Positions 28,221 through 37,661 of a stretch of DNA of 64,000 nt are shown in pieces; the first letter of the stretch is position 1; the number at the start of each line of letters is the position of its first letter. The DNA comes from Clostridia bacterium (GTDB taxonomy: Bacteria > Bacillota > Clostridia > Oscillospirales > CAG-272). The notes beneath the pieces are model-generated. The model saw only the letters and a list, made by a program, of their open reading frames with translations, ran no database searches and was not told the origin of the DNA. A program made the translations under genes and the position numbers. The stretch covers positions 691-64,690 of the forward strand of contig JAFVUF010000018.1 of the NCBI GenBank assembly GCA_017502875.1, read 5' to 3'.

Positions 28221-29189
28221 ATGAACAAAACGTCAGTTATAGCCTTTGCGGCGGCTTTTTTGGTTACGGTGATAGCGGTCAAGCTGCTTATTCCCGTTTT
28301 ACGCAGGCTGAAAATGGGACAGAGAATACTTACGATAGGCCCTGCCTGGCATATGAATAAGCAGGGAACGCCGACTATGGGCGGAATTGCGTTTTTTATC
28401 GGTAGCGCCACGGTTTCATTAATATTCGCAATCATAGCGGACGGCGGGGTGGACGTAACGCTAACGCTGAGTATTGCTTACGTGGCTTTGAACGGGCTTG
28501 TCGGAGTGCTTGACGACGGAGTAAAGCTGAAAAGAAAGCAGAACGAGGGGCTTAGCGCCTTTTCTAAATTTTTTCTTCAGATTCTTTTAGCTACCTTCTA
28601 CGTTATAGCGCTTCGGGCAAACGGACTCGTTACGACTGAGCTTTACGTTCCCTTTTTAAGCAAAAGCGTTGATATAGGAAGGCTTTATTATCCCTTCGCG
28701 CTATTATTTTTGACGGGCTTTTCAAACGCGGTCAACCTGACGGACGGTCTTGACGGGCTTTGCTCGTCCGTTACCGCCGCGGTGGCTCTCTTTTTTGCTG
28801 TTATCGGTATGCGCTACGGTCAGTACGCAACGTCCGTGCTCATGCTTACCGCGCTTGGCGCGTGTCTTGGTTTTCTGGTGTTCAATTTTCATCCCGCAAA
28901 GGTGTTTATGGGGGATACGGGCTCGCTGTTTCTCGGCTCTGCCGTGAGCGCCGCGGCGCTTGTCAGCGGAAGGGCAACGCTTATATTTTTGGTCGGTATA
29001 GTATATCTTATCGAGGCGCTGAGCGTTGTTTTACAGGTGGGCTACTATAAGCTGACTAAAAAACGCCTTTTCCTTATGGCGCCCATGCATCACCATCTTG
29101 AAAAGAAGGGCTATTCCGAGGTAAAAATAACCTTTATCTTTACGGCGCTTACGCTTGCTTTCGCAGCGATAGCCTACCTGTTTGGGTAA
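28221..29189 (+). CDS. mraY: Phospho-N-acetylmuramoyl-pentapeptide transferase
   Basis: KQGTPTMGG, NAVNLTDGLDGL, MGDTGSLFLG, APMHHHLE motifs. Confidence 0.95.
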   Translation: MNKTSVIAFAAAFLVTVIAVKLLIPVLRRLKMGQRILTIGPAWHMNKQGTPTMGGIAFFIGSATVSLIFAIIADGGVDVTLTLSIAYVALNGLVGVLDDGVKLKRKQNEGLSAFSKFFLQILLATFYVIALRANGLVTTELYVPFLSKSVDIGRLYYPFALLFLTGFSNAVNLTDGLDGLCSSVTAAVALFFAVIGMRYGQYATSVLMLTALGACLGFLVFNFHPAKVFMGDTGSLFLGSAVSAAALVSGRATLIFLVGIVYLIEALSVVLQVGYYKLTKKRLFLMAPMHHHLEKKGYSEVKITFIFTALTLAFAAIAYLFG

Positions 29190-30393
29190 AAAGGAGGTGA
29201 ATGGCACGGGCGGCTTTAAAAAGGCGCTTTCGTTAAAGGGAATTGATAAAACGATGGCGCTTACAGTTATTTTAATGCTTGTATACGGCTCGGTGATGGT
29301 GTTTTCCGCCAGCGCTCCGTACGCGCAGAGTAATCACGGCGACGCATATTACTACGCCAAGCGACAGGTATTCTGGGCGGCGCTCGGACTTGTAGGTATG
29401 CTTGTCTGCGCCGCAATTCCATCGGATACGCACAAAAAATACACCGCGCCGATAGGCTTTGCGGTAGCCGCTATACTTCTTGTCATAGTTCTTTTTACTG
29501 GCGGAGCTATCAAACGATGGATAAATATAGGATTTTTCAGTATTCAGCCCTCAGAAATGATGAAGCCAATGCTTATACTTATGATGGCTAAATATATGGA
29601 GTGGGCTCAGCCCTACATAAAGCGAAACGGCTTGTATTCGGGCTTTGGACTTTTTTCACGTATAGCGGATAAAAAGGCGTTTATGCGAGCCTCGCTTTAC
29701 GGAGTTTTTATTCCAACGCTTATAGTTTTTTCGGTATGCGTGCTGATAATGCTTGAAAATCACTTTTCGGGCACGCTTATCACCTTCTGTATAGGCGCTA
29801 TCGTTATATTTGCGGGCGGAGCAATGCTCAGGTGGTTTGCGGGCGCGGGCGGTATAGTCTGCGTAGCGGTCTTTGCGGTGCTTTTCGGTACTGATTATGC
29901 AAGCGAGAGAATAGATATATGGCTTCACCCAGAAAGCTTTTCGGTAAGCGATGAGACGTGGCAGATAACACAGGGGCTTATAGCGATAGGCTCGGGCGGT
30001 GTTTTCGGAACGGGGCTTGGCAAGGGAATGCAGAAGCAGCTTTACGTTTCGGCTGCTCACAATGACTTCATATTTTCCATAGTGTGCGAGGAGCTTGGTC
30101 TTGTAGGAGCTATACTGCTTATAGCGCTGTTTTTTGCGTTTGCGAAACGTGGGATAGCGCTGGCAAAGGATACGGATACTCTCTTTGAGTCGCTTGTCGC
30201 GGTGGGTATAGTCGGACACGTAGCGCTTCAGGCGTTTTTAAACATAGGCGTAGTTACGGGAACTATCCCGAATACGGGAGTTACGCTTCCGTTTTTCAGC
30301 TATGGCGGCTCGGCGCTCGTCGTGCTTTTGTGCGAAAGCGGAATACTTCTTTCGGTAACAAAGAAAAAGATAAGAAAGGATAACGTAAAATGA
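29182..30393 (+). CDS. ftsW: SEDS-family peptidoglycan glycosyltransferase FtsW/SpoVE
   Basis: 10-TM SEDS protein (SEMMKP, HNDFIFS, PFFSYGGSA). Start is ambiguous: TTG 29182 overlaps the mraY stop, or in-frame GTG 29197. Confidence 0.88.
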   Translation: MGKKEVNGTGGFKKALSLKGIDKTMALTVILMLVYGSVMVFSASAPYAQSNHGDAYYYAKRQVFWAALGLVGMLVCAAIPSDTHKKYTAPIGFAVAAILLVIVLFTGGAIKRWINIGFFSIQPSEMMKPMLILMMAKYMEWAQPYIKRNGLYSGFGLFSRIADKKAFMRASLYGVFIPTLIVFSVCVLIMLENHFSGTLITFCIGAIVIFAGGAMLRWFAGAGGIVCVAVFAVLFGTDYASERIDIWLHPESFSVSDETWQITQGLIAIGSGGVFGTGLGKGMQKQLYVSAAHNDFIFSIVCEELGLVGAILLIALFFAFAKRGIALAKDTDTLFESLVAVGIVGHVALQAFLNIGVVTGTIPNTGVTLPFFSYGGSALVVLLCESGILLSVTKKKIRKDNVK

Positions 30394-31505
30394 GATATAT
30401 TTTAAGCGGCGGAGGAACCGCGGGGCATATCAATCCCGCTATTGCGATAGCGGATAAGCTGAGAGAGCTTGACAGTGAAAGCGAGATACTTTTCGTCGGC
30501 AGTGTTAGCGGCATGGAAAACAAGCTTGTCTCTCTTGCCGGGTATCCGATATGGCAGCTTGACGTTAAGGGCTTTAAAAGAAGCCTGTCTTTAAGCAATA
30601 TCGGCGCAATCATAAAGACCGCGCGCTCGGTAAGAAGGGCGAGGGAAATTCTTGACAGCTTCCGTCCCGACGCCGTTATAGGAACGGGCGGTTACGTCTG
30701 CTTTCCCATACTCTATGCGGCGGCAAGGCAAGGTATATATACGGCTTTGCATGAGTCTAACGCCGTTCCGGGACTTGCGGTAAAAATGCTTAAAAATAAG
30801 GTCAATAGGATTTTCGTAGGCTTTAACGAATGCGCTGAGGCGCTTAAAGTGGGCGATAAATGCGTTTGTACGGGCAATCCGATTAAAGCGGATTTTGCGG
30901 CGCTTGATAAAGCTGAGGCGAGAAAAAAGCTCGGAATAACGGGAAAATACAGGTACGTGGTGCTGAGCTTCGGCGGAAGCCTGGGCGCAAGAACGGTAAA
31001 CGAGCTGGCTCTAAACGTTATGACCGAGTTTACGTCCAAGCGAAGTGATGTTATGCATTTTCACGCCTGCGGACGAATCGAAAGCAAGGCGTTTTATCAG
31101 GAGCTTGAAGGGCGAGGTCTTGATAAATGCAAAAACATAGCGGTCAGTGAGTATATATACGATATGCCCGTGTACCTGAGCGCCGCGGACGCGGTTATGT
31201 GCAGAAGCGGAGCTATGACTCTTGCGGAGCTTGCCGCCGCGGGAGCGCCGTCGGTTCTTGTTCCGTCCCCAAACGTAACGGGCGGTCATCAATATAAAAA
31301 CGCCCTCGCATACAAGGAAGCGGGGGCGGCGTTTCTGGTTGACGAAAGAAAGCCATCGGATAAAGAGAAAGCCGTAGAGTATATAAAAACGGTTATAACG
31401 GATAAGTACAGGAGACAGGCGATGGCGGAGGCGCTTAAAGGAGTTGCGCACACTGACTCAAGTGAGCTGATAGCGAGGGAGATAATACAGTTAAAAAAGC
31501 GTTAA
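30390..31505 (+). CDS. murG: UDP-N-acetylglucosamine--N-acetylmuramyl-(pentapeptide) pyrophosphoryl-undecaprenol GlcNAc transferase
   Basis: SGGGTAGHINPA N-terminus, GT28 fold. ATGA overlap with ftsW. Confidence 0.93.
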   Translation: MRYILSGGGTAGHINPAIAIADKLRELDSESEILFVGSVSGMENKLVSLAGYPIWQLDVKGFKRSLSLSNIGAIIKTARSVRRAREILDSFRPDAVIGTGGYVCFPILYAAARQGIYTALHESNAVPGLAVKMLKNKVNRIFVGFNECAEALKVGDKCVCTGNPIKADFAALDKAEARKKLGITGKYRYVVLSFGGSLGARTVNELALNVMTEFTSKRSDVMHFHACGRIESKAFYQELEGRGLDKCKNIAVSEYIYDMPVYLSAADAVMCRSGAMTLAELAAAGAPSVLVPSPNVTGGHQYKNALAYKEAGAAFLVDERKPSDKEKAVEYIKTVITDKYRRQAMAEALKGVAHTDSSELIAREIIQLKKR

Positions 31506-31555
31506 AATAAAAAACATTGACTTTTCCGTAAGATATGCTATAATAGTGGTGAGAA

Positions 31556-32413
31556 ATGAAAAAGGAGAAGCCAATGGAATTTATAAAGAAATATAAATCC
31601 CTGCTAATTATGGGAGTATGCGTTATAGTAATACTTGCGTGCTGCCTTTATATTATGCTTGATTCCTCGGAGGAGGATAAGCCGGACGGAGCGGGAAGCG
31701 GAGAGCTTGTAGGCGAGTACGATATATCGGTAAACGGCGATAAAAGCATTATGGCGTCGCTATATAAGGACGGTCTTCTCGATATAAAGGGAAGCGGAAT
31801 GATTAAGGATCTTGAAAATATTCCTTGGGTTGATCACGTCCGTACGATTAAAGAGGTTAAGATAGCCTCTGGAATAACGGGCATAGGGGCGTATACCTTT
31901 TACCACTGTACGCTTCTTACGTCTGTTGAAATACCCGTTGGCGTAACGTCGATAGGAGAACACGCGTTTGACGGAAGCATGGTAAGCTCGGTAACTATAC
32001 CGAATACCGTTACCGAGATAGGTCAGTTCGCGTTTGACGGCTGTCCGCTTGTTTCGCTCACTCTTCCCGCAAGCATAAGAAATATCGGCTATCGGGCGTT
32101 CCAGAACTGCGATTATCTTCAAAGGCTTACAATAGAGGACGGAGTTACTATGATAGGCGACTGGGCGTTTTACGGCTGCAAGGAGCTGAAAAGCATAACC
32201 GTGCCAAAAAGCGTTAGCTATATAGGCGAAAGCGCCTTTTACGACTGCGAAAAGCTTGAAAGCGTGAGCTTTGAGAATACGGCGAATTGGTTTATCACTA
32301 AGCAGAAAAACGCTTCGCAGGGCGAGGCTATTACAGTTCTTACCTCGTCCGCAAACGCCCTTGCTCTTTCAAACTCCAAGGCGGAGTATTATTGGAAGCG
32401 CGCGGAAAAATAG
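31556..32413 (+). CDS. BspA-type leucine-rich-repeat (LRR_5) protein with an N-terminal membrane anchor
   Basis: TM segment LLIMGVCVIVILACCLYIML, then repeated (V/I)xIPxxVTxIGxxAFxxCxxL units of about 23 aa. Confidence 0.8.
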   Translation: MKKEKPMEFIKKYKSLLIMGVCVIVILACCLYIMLDSSEEDKPDGAGSGELVGEYDISVNGDKSIMASLYKDGLLDIKGSGMIKDLENIPWVDHVRTIKEVKIASGITGIGAYTFYHCTLLTSVEIPVGVTSIGEHAFDGSMVSSVTIPNTVTEIGQFAFDGCPLVSLTLPASIRNIGYRAFQNCDYLQRLTIEDGVTMIGDWAFYGCKELKSITVPKSVSYIGESAFYDCEKLESVSFENTANWFITKQKNASQGEAITVLTSSANALALSNSKAEYYWKRAEK

Positions 32414-32423
32414 TTAATTAAAT

Positions 32424-32464
32424 AAAAAAGTCGCTTATCCTCGGAATGAAGATAAGCGGCTTTT
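32424..32464. terminator. Bidirectional terminator between the convergent LRR and CPBP genes
   Basis: A-run, gtcgcttatc ... gataagcggc stem, TTTT. Confidence 0.8.
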
Positions 32465-32465
32465 G

Positions 32466-33731
32466 TTATTGTAGCTGATTTGCCATTTCCTCTGCCATTG
32501 CGTATATCGCTTCTATATCCACAAATGATATTACCGTAATCATAAGGAATATAAGAACGAGGTAGGTAACGGTGAGAGGGTGGCTGATAAAGGTACTGAG
32601 CTTTTCGCCAGCGGAAAGACCGCATTCGCCCTTAGGAAGCGAAAACTGAACCTTATTTGATATTATCTCGAAGATTATCATTGCTATCGCAACGAGCATA
32701 GCCGCGTAAGCCAACACATTCATTACTCCGTAAAGACCTACGGCGACAGTGCTTCCCGTAAGCTTGAGCGACGGGTCTATAAGCATTTCCTCGTAATTTG
32801 TAAACGAAGCGACAAGCCCAAGCAGATATGAGTAGCCGTTAAAGACGGCGTGAGCGATAATGGACGGGATAATTGATTTTGCACGAATGTCCACAAATCC
32901 CAAAATGATACCGAACGCGAATGCGAACAGGAGCTGGGAATGGTTCATGTGGAACAGTCCGAAAAGCAGTCCCGAGGTAATAATAGCGAACCAGCCTCCG
33001 AATTTGGAGAGCGAGGTGAGTATCACGCCTCTGAACATAAGCTCCTCGAATATCGGAGCGCATACAACGACCGCGATAAAATACAGAACGTTCTCCCAAA
33101 TCCCATCGGGCAGAGGAGAGTTGAGGTCATTTATGTGAACGCCAAGCGACGCTATGAGCTCAAAAAGAATGTTGCTCAGTAAAGCGACAGCATGCACGAG
33201 ACCGAACGCTATCAGCGTCCATCTTGCGATAAATGCTCCCGAAACCTCGGGCTTTTGAAAGTAGGTAAACCACTTGTGCTTTTTCCCCACCGTCATAACG
33301 TAAATCATAACGGCGGCGATAGCAACGTACTGTAAAATGAGAAATACGTCGGTAAGGATAGTATAGGTTTTTTCGCTTACCAGCTCGCTTACCGTACCGA
33401 GCGACGACGCAAGACCCTCGCGGCCGAGAATGAACAGAAGCAGAAGCGCCGATACGTAACCTGAGGCCTTTTTGAGCTTTCCGAGCGCCGCGCGCTTTGT
33501 GGCGCGTTTTTCTCGCTCCATTCTCTGTCCGTAAAGCTCGGGAGTTTCAAACTGAAGCGGCTCAGGTCCTAAGAAAAGCTGCTCGTTTTCCTTATATATC
33601 TCGGTAAACAGCGACTGGTCGTCTTTATATGGGTTGTAGCCGTCGGGTATCTCCGTGTCGGAGCGCTTATACCACGGCGTCTTTCTTTCCTCGCGGTCTA
33701 AATCGTTACTGTTAAATTCATTACTGTTCAT
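32466..33731 (-). CDS. CPBP-family intramembrane glutamic endopeptidase (CAAX protease/Abi family)
   Basis: Motifs APIFEELMFRG, FGLFH and IIAHAVFN in a polytopic membrane protein, with an N-terminal cytoplasmic extension of about 90 aa. Confidence 0.85.
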   Translation of the reverse strand: MNSNEFNSNDLDREERKTPWYKRSDTEIPDGYNPYKDDQSLFTEIYKENEQLFLGPEPLQFETPELYGQRMEREKRATKRAALGKLKKASGYVSALLLLFILGREGLASSLGTVSELVSEKTYTILTDVFLILQYVAIAAVMIYVMTVGKKHKWFTYFQKPEVSGAFIARWTLIAFGLVHAVALLSNILFELIASLGVHINDLNSPLPDGIWENVLYFIAVVVCAPIFEELMFRGVILTSLSKFGGWFAIITSGLLFGLFHMNHSQLLFAFAFGIILGFVDIRAKSIIPSIIAHAVFNGYSYLLGLVASFTNYEEMLIDPSLKLTGSTVAVGLYGVMNVLAYAAMLVAIAMIIFEIISNKVQFSLPKGECGLSAGEKLSTFISHPLTVTYLVLIFLMITVISFVDIEAIYAMAEEMANQLQ

Positions 33732-33755
33732 AGGTAATAATAATTTCCGCCGTGT

Positions 33756-34730
33756 TTATTTTACTTTGGGCAGATATGCAAGCATAGTACGGAGATTGTT
33801 GTGCTTAACCGCGTTTATTATCTGGGGAAGCTCGTTTTCAAATACCTTGTGGTGATATTCTCTGTTCTGAGAGGGAAGTCTGTTAAACGCGGCGGTAAGC
33901 ACCTTACGCATTTCGTCGGGTGTGTACTCGTCAAGAAGTGCCTCGGCGTTTTTAACGTCGTCCTCGCTTAAAAGAACGTGAGCGATACCGGGCATTAAGA
34001 ATTGGCATATAAGCGCGCAACGGAGTATCGGCACGTAAAGGTTTCCGACACTGCTCTCCATATCCTCAGCACGAAGCACCTCAAATGCTATGACAGTCTT
34101 TACCTCGTCGCTTTCGTAGCAGCGGCAGAAAAGATTTTCCGTAAGAAGGTTTGCAAGGTACTTTTTAAGACGGACAACTCCGCTTCCTCTTGGGGTAAGA
34201 GCAGTCTTGTATCTCGGAATAACGGGGTTTCTGTGAGCTCCGAAGCGAATATTGTAGCTCTTGCTGAACGCTCTGATATCCTCGTCAAGCGCTCGGTTGT
34301 AGATATCGCTTCCCTCAGGCAGACGGTTCTTTTTGTTATTGAAAAGCAACGCGGTGCAGTCAGCCATAACGCGTTTAAGAGCCACTCCGCCCGCGTCATA
34401 AAGATACTTAACGGTCTTTTCCTCAAGCTCGATAAGAGCCTTTTCGGGATTTTTGAGTGAAATAAGATAAGCGTCTACGTTGTAGAGCAGAGAAGAAAGA
34501 AGCTCGTTTGCCTTGTCGTTTGATACAGAAGTGCTTTTTCCCTCTGAGAACTCGTCTATGACAATAGCAAGTCCGTCGAACACCTTAGCCTTGAGCGCTG
34601 CTTCCTTGCTTTCGTCGATTACGCCGACTCTTACAGCCTCTCTGAGAAGTGATACGGTGTATTCGGAATTGTTCATTCGCATTGCCTCGAATGCGGAGGC
34701 GTTATTACTGTAATTTTGCAGCTGATTCAT
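33756..34730 (-). CDS. Uncharacterised soluble protein (324 aa), co-operonic with the CPBP protease
   Basis: Long ORF, 24-nt gap to the downstream CPBP gene. I see no recognisable catalytic motif. From memory it resembles a Clostridia-restricted DUF family; not verified. Confidence 0.6.
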   Translation of the reverse strand: MNQLQNYSNNASAFEAMRMNNSEYTVSLLREAVRVGVIDESKEAALKAKVFDGLAIVIDEFSEGKSTSVSNDKANELLSSLLYNVDAYLISLKNPEKALIELEEKTVKYLYDAGGVALKRVMADCTALLFNNKKNRLPEGSDIYNRALDEDIRAFSKSYNIRFGAHRNPVIPRYKTALTPRGSGVVRLKKYLANLLTENLFCRCYESDEVKTVIAFEVLRAEDMESSVGNLYVPILRCALICQFLMPGIAHVLLSEDDVKNAEALLDEYTPDEMRKVLTAAFNRLPSQNREYHHKVFENELPQIINAVKHNNLRTMLAYLPKVK

Positions 34731-34764
34731 TTTTGTTCCCTTTCAAAATAATACGTAAAACGGA

Positions 34765-35238
34765 TTAAAAGCCGTCTCTTTTGGGTTTGTCATCGTTTTT
34801 TCGTCCGAATGCCACGAATTCGTCGTACGCGGGAGAAAAATATATTTTTGATACGTCTCCGCCAGCCTCGTTTTCAAAAACACTCTTGATAAATTCAAGC
34901 ACAGTCTCGTCGTCGAGTTTGTCCTCTGTCTCTGTTTTGATGGAATAGAAGCATTCAAGCAGACCCTCTACGGTATCTCTGAAATTCTGCTGATTTACAT
35001 AACCGCTGTCGCAAAAGACCTCGATAATACGTTTTACCGCGCCAGCGCCAACCTCAATGCGCTCGTTTTCGACCAAAAGGTCGCTTCTGCATTCGGCTAT
35101 ATCGGTGCAGTCCTTTTCCGAAAGGACTATACCGAACTGCTCGGTATGCTTGTTTAAAGCGGAAAGCTCCTTGGCGATATAACGGTTATGTACCTCGGAG
35201 AGCATACCGCCAGTGAATAGGGTTAAATAATCCGGCAT
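34765..35238 (-). CDS. Uncharacterised acidic soluble protein (157 aa), first gene of the operon
   Basis: GGAAGGAAGG RBS upstream of ATG 35238. 34-nt gap to the next gene. No recognisable motif. Confidence 0.6.
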   Translation of the reverse strand: MPDYLTLFTGGMLSEVHNRYIAKELSALNKHTEQFGIVLSEKDCTDIAECRSDLLVENERIEVGAGAVKRIIEVFCDSGYVNQQNFRDTVEGLLECFYSIKTETEDKLDDETVLEFIKSVFENEAGGDVSKIYFSPAYDEFVAFGRKNDDKPKRDGF

Positions 35239-35311
35239 AGACTAAAATACCTTCCTTCCATCATTATGCGAAAAGGGGATCGGGTTAAGTATGTTTTGAT
35301 ACGAAAAGCTC

Positions 35312-35340
35312 TTGACAAATCGGGAGGAATGTGATAAAAT
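35312..35340 (+). promoter_or_regulatory. Sigma-A-type promoter (thrS leader)
   Basis: TTGACA (35312-35317), 17 nt, TAAAAT (35335-35340). Confidence 0.6.
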
Positions 35341-35388
35341 AGCATTGCTTGTTAAATACGGAGATGTTAATGCTTTATATATAGTTAA

Positions 35389-35417
35389 ATTATACTACAA
35401 TTATATATAAAAGTCAA
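35389..35417 (-). promoter_or_regulatory. Sigma-A-type promoter of the DUF-DUF-CPBP operon
   Basis: On the minus strand: TTGACT, 17 nt, TATAAT. Confidence 0.65.
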
Positions 35418-35465
35418 TAATATTTCGCAAGTTCAATCTTAATTTACAACTTGTCATTCGTTTTT

Positions 35466-35688
35466 TTGCGAGCCTATGAGGACACGTCGGTCATATTCCT
35501 TCCTGCCAGAGAGAAGCGTAGATTTAAGTCTGCTGAGAGCGCTTTAGGATATAGGGTATTTCTCGGTACCGCCTCACAGTAAAAACCGAATATCAAATGA
35601 GTTAAAAGCTCGGGTGGAACCGTGTGAAGAAATGTCCTTTGCACCCCGTATTATTTTTTGTATCGGGGAAAGGGCGTTTTTTATTTTC
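35466..35688 (+). promoter_or_regulatory. T-box riboswitch (Thr) with terminator
   Basis: AGAGA box at about 35509. Candidate ACC specifier at 35568-35570. T-box sequence aaagctcGGGTGGaaccgtg (35605-35624), whose GGGTG can pair with CACCC at 35641-35646 (antiterminator). Terminator cctttgcaccccg...cggggaaagg plus TTTTTT. Confidence 0.85.
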
Positions 35689-35730
35689 CCGACAGGCTCA
35701 TTAAACGAAATTATTAAGGAGGCAATTCAA

Positions 35731-37617
35731 ATGAGTACGGCATACGATATTTTAAAGGAAAAGGAGCTTATGCAGAGAGAAGTTATAGCGGCGAGCGTAA
35801 ACGGTCAGACCTGCGACCTTACGGCAGAGGTTCCAAACGGAGCGGACGTTGCTCCTCTTACCTTCGATGACGAGGAGGGAAAAAAGGTATTCTGGCATAC
35901 CGCGTCGCATATTCTGGCACAGGCGGTAAAGAATCTTTATCCGGAGGCTAAGCTTACCATAGGTCCCTCGACTGACAGAGGCTTTTATTACGATATAGAC
36001 AGAGACACTCCCTTTACAAACGACGAGATAGCCGTAATAGAGGCTGAGATGGCTAAGATAGTCAAGGCTGATTACAGAATAGAGCGCTTCGTGCTTCAAA
36101 GAGACGAGGCTAAGAAATATATGGAAGAAAAGAACGAGCCTTATAAGGTTCTCCTTATAGACCGTGTTCCCGAGGGCGAGGATATCTCCTTTTATAAGCA
36201 GGGCGATTTCGTTGACCTCTGCGCCGGTCCTCACCTGTTCTCAACCGGTCTTGTAAAGGCAATTAAGATACTTCAGATTACGGGCGCTTATTGGGAGGGC
36301 GATTCCAAAAATAAGGTCCTCCAGAGAATATACGGCGTCGCGTTTCCTAAGAAGGACCAGCTCGCTTCTCATCTTGAGCAGCTTGAGGAGGCGAAAAAGC
36401 GTGATCACAACAAGCTCGGACGTGAGCTTGAGCTTTTCACCACGGTTGACGTTATAGGACAGGGACTTCCTATCCTTCTTCCCAAGGGCGCTAAGATAAT
36501 CCAGACGCTTCAAAGATGGGTTGAGGACGAGGAATTCAAGAGAGGCTGGCAGCTTACCAAGACTCCTTATATGGCTAAGCGTGAGCTTTATAAGCTTTCA
36601 GGACACTGGGATCATTACCTTGACGGTATGTTTGTGCTTGGAGACCCTGAGGACGAGACAAAGGAGTGCTTCGCTTTGCGCCCGATGACCTGTCCGTTCC
36701 AATATCAAGCTTACCTTAACCGCGCGCGCTCCTACCGCGACCTTCCGCTTCGCTACAATGAGACCTCTACGCTGTTTCGTAATGAGGACAGCGGAGAAAT
36801 GCACGGACTTATAAGAGTTCGTCAGTTTACCATCTCCGAGGGACACCTTATGTGTCTGCCCGAGCAGCTTGAAGACGAGTTCAAGGGCTGCCTTGAGCTT
36901 GCCATATATATGCTTAAAACACTCGGTCTTTACGAGGACGTTTCCTACCGCTTCTCTCAGTGGGATCCCAATAATCGCGAAAAATATATCGGAACCGATG
37001 AGCAATGGGCGGAAGCGCAGGGAATAATGAAGAAGATACTTGACAATCTTGAAATTCCGTATAAGGTTGGCGTAGGTGAGGCAGCGTTCTACGGACCTAA
37101 GCTCGATATTCAGATAAAGAACGTCCACGGTAAAGAGGATACCCTTATAACCATACAGATAGACCAGCTTCTCGCTGAAAAGTTCGGTATGGAGTACACA
37201 GACCGCGACGGACAGAAGAAGAATCCGTATATTATTCACAGAACCTCTATCGGCTGCTACGAAAGAACACTTGCTCTCCTTATTGAAAAGTACGCGGGCG
37301 CTTTCCCGCTTTGGCTTGCTCCCAATCAGGTTACGGTTCTTCCTGTTTCAAATACCTATGACGATTATGCGTATGAGGTAAGAAACGCGCTTGAAGCTGC
37401 GGGAATTCGCTGTGAGGTCGATAACAGAAACGAAAAGATAGGCTACCGTATAAGAGAAGCTAAGATGTCTAAGGTTCCCTATATGCTTATACTTGGCGAA
37501 AAGGAAGCGACAAGCGGAACGGTTACCACCCGTAACCGCAGAGATGAGAGCGAGGTTCTCAGCATAGCCGACGCGGTTGCCAAGTTCACGAAGGAAATTG
37601 CCGATAAGGTCAGATAA
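35731..37617 (+). CDS. thrS: Threonine--tRNA ligase
   Basis: AAGGAGG lies 7 nt before ATG 35731. The ORF-track start 35614 runs through the T-box terminator. TGS domain, second additional domain, class II core and anticodon-binding domain. Confidence 0.96.
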   Translation: MSTAYDILKEKELMQREVIAASVNGQTCDLTAEVPNGADVAPLTFDDEEGKKVFWHTASHILAQAVKNLYPEAKLTIGPSTDRGFYYDIDRDTPFTNDEIAVIEAEMAKIVKADYRIERFVLQRDEAKKYMEEKNEPYKVLLIDRVPEGEDISFYKQGDFVDLCAGPHLFSTGLVKAIKILQITGAYWEGDSKNKVLQRIYGVAFPKKDQLASHLEQLEEAKKRDHNKLGRELELFTTVDVIGQGLPILLPKGAKIIQTLQRWVEDEEFKRGWQLTKTPYMAKRELYKLSGHWDHYLDGMFVLGDPEDETKECFALRPMTCPFQYQAYLNRARSYRDLPLRYNETSTLFRNEDSGEMHGLIRVRQFTISEGHLMCLPEQLEDEFKGCLELAIYMLKTLGLYEDVSYRFSQWDPNNREKYIGTDEQWAEAQGIMKKILDNLEIPYKVGVGEAAFYGPKLDIQIKNVHGKEDTLITIQIDQLLAEKFGMEYTDRDGQKKNPYIIHRTSIGCYERTLALLIEKYAGAFPLWLAPNQVTVLPVSNTYDDYAYEVRNALEAAGIRCEVDNRNEKIGYRIREAKMSKVPYMLILGEKEATSGTVTTRNRRDESEVLSIADAVAKFTKEIADKVR

Positions 37618-37661
37618 ATATCAATATTTTTCGGTATATCGCAAATAATGGTATAAATAAT

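Noticed and set aside
35614-35730. ORF-track N-terminal extension of thrS (MEPCEEMSFAPRIIFC...).
   Set aside because: The extension is the translated T-box antiterminator/terminator. A strong AAGGAGG precedes ATG 35731, and ThrRS homologues start near MSTAYDIL-type sequences.
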